Position numbers and translations under genes: made by a program
Shown here: positions 58,818-64,000 of the stretch, one piece after another
Numbering within the stretch: position 1 is the stretch's first letter
Layout of the letters: each line of letters starts with the position of its first letter
The notes under the pieces: model-generated
The model's database searches: none
Told to the model about the DNA's origin: nothing
What the model saw: the letters and a program-made list of their open reading frames with translations, nothing else
Source of the DNA: Candidatus Poribacteria bacterium
GTDB lineage: Bacteria > Poribacteria > WGA-4E > WGA-3G
NCBI GenBank assembly: GCA_965205025.1
Contig: CBDBFU010000028.1
Span: 201,844-265,843 of the forward strand
Direction of reading: 5' to 3'
DNA: 64,000 nt

Positions 58818-60950
58818 CTACATTCTCCTTACCACACTTACGACACCCTTTAATTGTTTAATTGCATCCATCACCTTTTTCAGTTGTTCCACCCCAGTAA
58901 CATCCAAAGTAAAATAATCTGCTGCTGTATCATCAATAGTAGTAACAGTTGATGCTTTGAAATTCCCTTCTCTAATGTTGACATGGTATTGTGCAATGGC
59001 AGTTGTGATTTCCCGTAACATTCCAGGTTTATCATCACATTCAATGAATATTTGAGCCGGATAGTTCGTCCCTTCTTCTACTAACCAATTTACTGAAAGA
59101 AACCGTTCAGGTTCATCAAGTAGTCGTGCACATCCTGACAGATGTACCGAAACACCTCTGCCCCGTGTTAGATATCCGACTACATCATCACCCGGAATTG
59201 GATTACAACATTTCATTACGCGAACCATACCTAAATCAATTCCATTGCCCAATTGGATAGTTGGTTCAACTCGCTTCTTGTCAATTTCTTCATCTATATC
59301 ATCAACAACATCCGGTTTTAATTGATTGATTACTTGTGTAGCAGATTCACTTCCATTTCCAATGTTTATATAGAGTTCATCTAAACTTTCATGCCCAAGT
59401 TCATTAGAAATCTCAATCATCTTTGATGATTTCATAATATCACTTGTGTATAAATATGACACTTGTAGTTCTGCTTTAAGTAATTTTTTACCTAATTCAA
59501 GTGCATCCGTTCTATCCTTCTCTTTAAACCAATGTCGTATTTTTGTTCTTGCATTTGCGGTTTTCACGCTGCGTAACCATGCACGACTCGGTTTGCTATT
59601 TGGATGTGTAAGTATATTTACACGGTCACCATTCTGTAGGGGTTCCCGTATTGGTGTCAGGACATTATTTACCTCTGCCCCACAGCAGGTATTCCCAATG
59701 TCTGTATGAATTTTATATGCGAAATCGATGGCTGTTGAGCCAACAGGTAATGCGTGAATATCTCCTTTAGGTGTAAAGACATATACCTCATCCTGAAATA
59801 GCTCCAGTTTCATTGATTCAATAAACCGATCGGGAACATCTTGTGTATCTTGTATATCCTCTAACATCTCTTTATAATTAGCAAAGATGGATAAAGCCTC
59901 TTTTGTTGTTGGTACACCTTCCTTATATCCCCAATGTGCTGCGATACCGTTTTCAGCCACCTGATGCATCTCTGTACTGCGAATTTGAATTTCAATTGGT
60001 TTCCCATCATCTAAAATTGTAGTATGTAAAGATTGGTAGCCATTCTTTTTTGGTTGACCGATCCAATCTCGAACACGATCTGGTAGGTAACTCCATCTCA
60101 AATGTAATACCCCAAGTGTACTATAACAACTCCAATCGTCTGGTACGATAACTCTAAGACCTACCAAATCACAAATTTCTTTAAAAGGTGTCCCCTTTTG
60201 GTGCATCTTCTGGTAAATACTATAAATGTGTTTTGTTCTTCCTCTAACTTTAGCAAAGATCCCGTGTTTTTTCAGTTCAGCATGTATTATTGCTTCCATC
60301 TTCTGACAATATGATTGTCGTTCATCAAGTTTCTCGTTAAGAAGATCTGCTATTTCTCTATATGTTTCAGGTAATAGGTATTTGAATGAAATGTCTTCCA
60401 ACCGGCTCATTATTGACCAAATCCCCAGTCGATGTGCAATAGGAGCATATATTTCCAAAGTCTCTTTTGAAATCCGTTGTTGTTGTTCTTCAGATAAATG
60501 TTCAAGAGTTTCCATATTGTGGAGTCGATCAGCGAGTTTTATCATGATAACTCGCATATCTTCCGCTGTTGCTAACAACAATTTACGATATGTTTCAGCC
60601 TGACGTTTACGTTGTCCTCCGCTGAATTTATACCTTCCTATTTTCGTTACACCCTCAACTAAATTTGCAATGTCCTTACCGAATCTCTTCTCCATTTCTG
60701 AACGTTTGATACCCGTATCTTCCAAGACATCATGCATAAGTCCTGCGCAAATGGTGTCCATGTCCATTCTAAGCTGTGCCAGTATTTCAGCAGTTCTTAT
60801 ACAGTGAATGAAATATGGATCACCGGATTTTCGATATTGTTTCTGATGTGCATTCTCACCAAAATTATAACATTCTGTGAGAAATTCAAAATCAATTTCA
60901 GCATCCGGATTATGAGTTTTTATTTTTTCAATTAGAGATTCGATACTCAT
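58818..60950 (-). CDS. relA: Bifunctional (p)ppGpp synthetase/hydrolase (Rel/SpoT)
   Basis: HD domain (HDVLEDT, KLADRLHNM), synthetase (NGYQSLHT, EIQIR), TGS (DFAY.IHT), CC.P.PGD, ACT. Confidence 0.95.
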   Translation of the reverse strand: MSIESLIEKIKTHNPDAEIDFEFLTECYNFGENAHQKQYRKSGDPYFIHCIRTAEILAQLRMDMDTICAGLMHDVLEDTGIKRSEMEKRFGKDIANLVEGVTKIGRYKFSGGQRKRQAETYRKLLLATAEDMRVIMIKLADRLHNMETLEHLSEEQQQRISKETLEIYAPIAHRLGIWSIMSRLEDISFKYLLPETYREIADLLNEKLDERQSYCQKMEAIIHAELKKHGIFAKVRGRTKHIYSIYQKMHQKGTPFKEICDLVGLRVIVPDDWSCYSTLGVLHLRWSYLPDRVRDWIGQPKKNGYQSLHTTILDDGKPIEIQIRSTEMHQVAENGIAAHWGYKEGVPTTKEALSIFANYKEMLEDIQDTQDVPDRFIESMKLELFQDEVYVFTPKGDIHALPVGSTAIDFAYKIHTDIGNTCCGAEVNNVLTPIREPLQNGDRVNILTHPNSKPSRAWLRSVKTANARTKIRHWFKEKDRTDALELGKKLLKAELQVSYLYTSDIMKSSKMIEISNELGHESLDELYINIGNGSESATQVINQLKPDVVDDIDEEIDKKRVEPTIQLGNGIDLGMVRVMKCCNPIPGDDVVGYLTRGRGVSVHLSGCARLLDEPERFLSVNWLVEEGTNYPAQIFIECDDKPGMLREITTAIAQYHVNIREGNFKASTVTTIDDTAADYFTLDVTGVEQLKKVMDAIKQLKGVVSVVRRM

Positions 60951-63492
60951 TTTTAATTTCTTCCCAAATTGGTTGGATATTATCTTGATTCTGAAATTTG
61001 AGAAAATTCTGACAGTTCAGTTTTAACCATTCACACTTCTGAAATGTTGGTGATTTATCCAAACTACTCTTAGCCGATTCTACTAACTTGATAGAATTCG
61101 TTCCGTTATTACGTGTATTTTCAATTAATGATAGTTCTTCGAAAATATCCAATCCTGTCTCAAGTCCTTCTCTTGAAATTATGTTTAATCTATCTGCTAA
61201 TGTGTCAAAATCAGTATAACCGTTATTGATAATTCCTTTTAATTCAGTATATATAGAACGGAGTTTATCCTTATCCGGATATCTGTTATTCACCCATTTA
61301 TTCAACATGTCCACATCCGATTCGTCGTTGTAGAGTAAATGTAATAAAGTATCATTTTGAGGAAGAGATAATGGAAAACACCTTTTAAAGAAGTTAGAAG
61401 GATCTATCTCAAGATGACAAAACAAGACATGTTCAATAATCGGCAATTTCTCTAATGCGGTGTTAGATATAACTGATTCAGAAACGATTGTTGATAATGT
61501 ACCAGTTTTAATTTTCTCTAATAATTCAATCTCCTGATTTTCCGTTAATGTCTTCTCATGCCTACCGATTACAGAAGCATTCTCAGGTATTAACTTGGTT
61601 AATAGCAGGTCAATCATCTCTGAATTCTGAACATATATAATCGAAGGTTTATTCTGATTCAATACCTTAGAGAGATAACCTTTTTTATCCGTAGAACGAC
61701 TGTCAACAATCCTGCCTGTTGAATATGAATCTGTAGGAGGAAAAACACTAAATTGCGGAGTACGATCAACAATTTGATACTCTTCAAAGGTTAGTTCAAC
61801 TGAACGATTTCCGTTATACTCATTAATTTGTGAAGAATAAGCAAGATTAATTGAGATATTTGGACTATTTAAGATAGGAATATGTTTAGCTTTTCTCCAC
61901 CCGATAGTTCTTTTTGGATTTGCCCCATCACTGACATGCATATACATGTGTTCTTTCTCTTTACCCATAGGAGAAGCAGGACTAGAAATTCGCAATCCTT
62001 TGGTTACAAATTGTGGTGACGGATTTTCTGTTCCAAACGGTTCTAAGTTTTCAAACTGTTCTAAAGTGTCTAACGTAAGAGAGGATAGGTTTGTTTCAAA
62101 ATCCAAGTATAGCTTAGGAACCAAATCATCATCTTTCAAATTCTCAGATGCATATTCATCGAATGCTTCCTTAAATTTTGTTATTTTTTTAGTTTCCAAT
62201 GTGACACCTGCTGCTGCTTGGTGTCCACCATGTTTAATTAGCAAATGAGAGCAGTTGTTAAGACTATCTGCCAAGTTCATACCTTCAATACAACGTCCCG
62301 AACCTGATGCATTCTCTCCATCAATTGCCAAAACAAAAATCGGCCGATAAAATTGTTCAAGTAAACGAGCAGCAACAATACCTACAACACCTTTTGCATT
62401 ATCCCCCCATTTATCACTTGCTACCACCAAACCTTTGGCTTCATTCAGGTTGTATTCCTCACTTATTTGTTTAACTGCTTTTTCTTGTATTCCTTTTTCT
62501 TGTTCTCTTCGATTTGAATTATATTCGTCCAATTTTCTTGCATATTCTTCTGCCTTATCAGGTTTATCTGCAATCAAGAGTTGAACTACAGTCTTAGCCG
62601 TATCCATTCGTCCTGCAGCATTTAAACGTGGACCTAATTTGAAGCCAAGAGAAGATCCAACAATAGGTTTCCCATCAATTCCTGCGACATCACACAGTTT
62701 TTGTATCCCCAAGCGTTTCCCTTTGTTGATTTCTTCCAATCCAAGTTTACTTAATACCCGATTTTCACCTGTGATGGGTGCAAGGTCAACTACTGTTCCT
62801 AATGCAACGAGATCCAAAAGTGATGTAAGATACTCTTGATCATCTATGAGTCCTTGTGCTAATTTGAATGCCAAACCTACACCCGCTAAATGTTCATAAG
62901 GGTATTCGTTTCCTGGAATTTTAGGCGAGATGATTGCATAAGCAGGTGGTGGATCGTCTACAGGAGGTTGGTGGTGGTCTGTTAATATGACATCTATCCC
63001 AAGACTATTGGCTACTTCTACTTCATTGACAGAGGTAATACCACAATCCACAGTAATTAATACTGAACAACCATTCTCAGAAATTTCTCTTAAAGCGTTC
63101 TCATTAAGACCATATCCCTCCTCATATCTATGTGGTATATAATATTCAGGGGTGTAATCTAAGTGTTGAAAAGCATACATTAATAAGGCTGTAGCAGTTG
63201 TACCATCAGCATCATAATCACCATAAATGCATATCTGTTCACCATTCTTAATTGCTTTTTGAATTCTTTCTACTGCTTTAGCCATATCAGCTAAATCAAA
63301 CGGTGAATGTAGGTCTTCATAAGTTGGATATAAATAAGTTACACCTTGTTTAACAGTGGTAATGCCACGATTGATTAATAATCGTGCTATTAAAGGAGTG
63401 ACACCTAAACCTGCAGCAAGGGTGAAGCTCAAATCAAGATTGGGGTTTTGGTAAATCCATTTCTTATCGTTTTTCATAGATTTGATATCCAA
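60928..63492 (-). CDS. recJ: Single-stranded DNA exonuclease RecJ with C-terminal extension
   Basis: YGDYDADG, TVDCG, TDHH, GPRLNAAGR, GSGR, GGH..AAG, EPFG..NP. Confidence 0.95.
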   Translation of the reverse strand: MDIKSMKNDKKWIYQNPNLDLSFTLAAGLGVTPLIARLLINRGITTVKQGVTYLYPTYEDLHSPFDLADMAKAVERIQKAIKNGEQICIYGDYDADGTTATALLMYAFQHLDYTPEYYIPHRYEEGYGLNENALREISENGCSVLITVDCGITSVNEVEVANSLGIDVILTDHHQPPVDDPPPAYAIISPKIPGNEYPYEHLAGVGLAFKLAQGLIDDQEYLTSLLDLVALGTVVDLAPITGENRVLSKLGLEEINKGKRLGIQKLCDVAGIDGKPIVGSSLGFKLGPRLNAAGRMDTAKTVVQLLIADKPDKAEEYARKLDEYNSNRREQEKGIQEKAVKQISEEYNLNEAKGLVVASDKWGDNAKGVVGIVAARLLEQFYRPIFVLAIDGENASGSGRCIEGMNLADSLNNCSHLLIKHGGHQAAAGVTLETKKITKFKEAFDEYASENLKDDDLVPKLYLDFETNLSSLTLDTLEQFENLEPFGTENPSPQFVTKGLRISSPASPMGKEKEHMYMHVSDGANPKRTIGWRKAKHIPILNSPNISINLAYSSQINEYNGNRSVELTFEEYQIVDRTPQFSVFPPTDSYSTGRIVDSRSTDKKGYLSKVLNQNKPSIIYVQNSEMIDLLLTKLIPENASVIGRHEKTLTENQEIELLEKIKTGTLSTIVSESVISNTALEKLPIIEHVLFCHLEIDPSNFFKRCFPLSLPQNDTLLHLLYNDESDVDMLNKWVNNRYPDKDKLRSIYTELKGIINNGYTDFDTLADRLNIISREGLETGLDIFEELSLIENTRNNGTNSIKLVESAKSSLDKSPTFQKCEWLKLNCQNFLKFQNQDNIQPIWEEIKNEYRISN

Positions 63493-63508
63493 TACCTCTC
63501 ATAACTTA

Positions 63509-63655
63509 TACCATTTCAGATGATGATTACTCATTACTAATTGAAGAGAAACCCCCTAAAGAATCAACGGTATGAATGCCTTAGGGCATTCCCCGCCCCT
63601 TATCAGGGGACTACTAAGAGTGATCGTAATATGAACTATTTAAATAGAATTGGTA
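63509..63655. mobile_element. TACCA-type MITE containing the 35-bp micro-element
   Basis: TACCATTTC...GAATTGGTA, TTA on both sides; homologous to 55552-56567 minus IS630. Confidence 0.75.
63561..63595 (-). repeat. 35-bp hairpin micro-element, copy 2
   Basis: GAATCAACGGTATGAATGCCTTAGGGCATTCCCCG. Confidence 0.85.
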
Positions 63656-63806
63656 TTATTTACAAAACTGATATATGAAAACTGCAATAAATATAGCATA
63701 TATATAGACCTGTTGTCAAAGTAATCACAAGGAATGTGTACGTAAATAATTTGTCACCATGGGTCAATTTAGTGAGATAAGCTAATTTTTATGTTTGTTT
63801 GAGGTG

Positions 63807-63910
63807 TCTGAATCACGGATTACGCGGATTACGCGGATTACACGGAGAAAAGGGTTTTGGGTTCGGATTGTTTTCTTTTCTGAATCATGGGTTACGCGGA
63901 TTATGTGGAT
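63807..63910 (+). repeat. Two modules of TCTGAAT followed by 9-bp C(A/G)CGGATTA tandem units
   Basis: 63814-63846 CACGGATTA CGCGGATTA CGCGGATTA CACGGA; degenerate second module from 63879. Confidence 0.7.
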
Positions 63911-64000
63911 AAGAGGGTTATTGTCTGTAGGAATTTATTTCTATGCTGGAACTTCGGCACTGTTAGAAAACTATCCTACCAATGTGTCGGAATAGGACCT

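Noticed and set aside
974-62839. Numerous short antisense or alternate-frame ORFs in the ORF track (e.g. 2480-2884, 7726-8106, 22569-22994, 47841-48329)
   Set aside because: They lie within well-supported genes, lack motifs and SDs, and are expected shadow ORFs.
63795-63995. 66-aa ORF with RITRITRIT repeats
   Set aside because: It is the translation of the 9-bp DNA repeats; no SD or protein features.
1-64000. Genome-wide reassignment of UGA (genetic code 4/25)
   Set aside because: Conserved genes such as lpxK, miaB, gmhA and coaBC end correctly at TGA; in-frame TGA appears only at Cys-equivalent motif positions.
1-64000. tRNA, rRNA, riboswitch, prophage or defence-system genes
   Set aside because: No cloverleaf, rRNA or recognisable motifs were seen by eye in any intergenic gap. 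A covariance-model scan would be needed to exclude small ncRNAs.

Overview
AT-rich bacterial chromosomal window, most consistent with Candidatus Poribacteria. That assignment is inferred from the repeated C-terminal 'V[ED]PxxKxxxxWGx[LI]K' tails on secreted proteins, multiple PhyH, Gfo/Idh and TIM-barrel catabolic enzymes, an ECF sigma fused to an extracellular domain, and a PorV-like protein. Housekeeping genes (argC, lpxB, lpxK, dnaN, miaB, map, ccmC, gmhA, actP, fdhD, gmk, coaBC, rsmA, rpmB, relA/spoT, recJ) are interleaved with carbohydrate/redox enzymes. Four things are missed by the ORF track. (1) Two UGA-recoded selenoprotein genes: an ArsC-like UxxC protein at 26231-26572 and a UGSC-family protein at 52108-52635, each with a hairpin just 3' of the UGA. 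(2) A nested repeat system: GTAG-type REP hairpins, at least three MITE-like families, an autonomous IS4 plus a non-autonomous derivative with a 20-bp target duplication, an IS630 inside a MITE, and a 35-bp micro-element inserted into two unrelated repeats 50 kb apart. (3) A membrane-spanning ECF sigma factor ending in a C-type lectin domain with an EPN motif, followed by a frameshifted secreted paralog. (4) A candidate C-terminal sorting signal. No rRNA, tRNA or CRISPR array was seen. All family calls are from motif recognition by eye, with no database searches.
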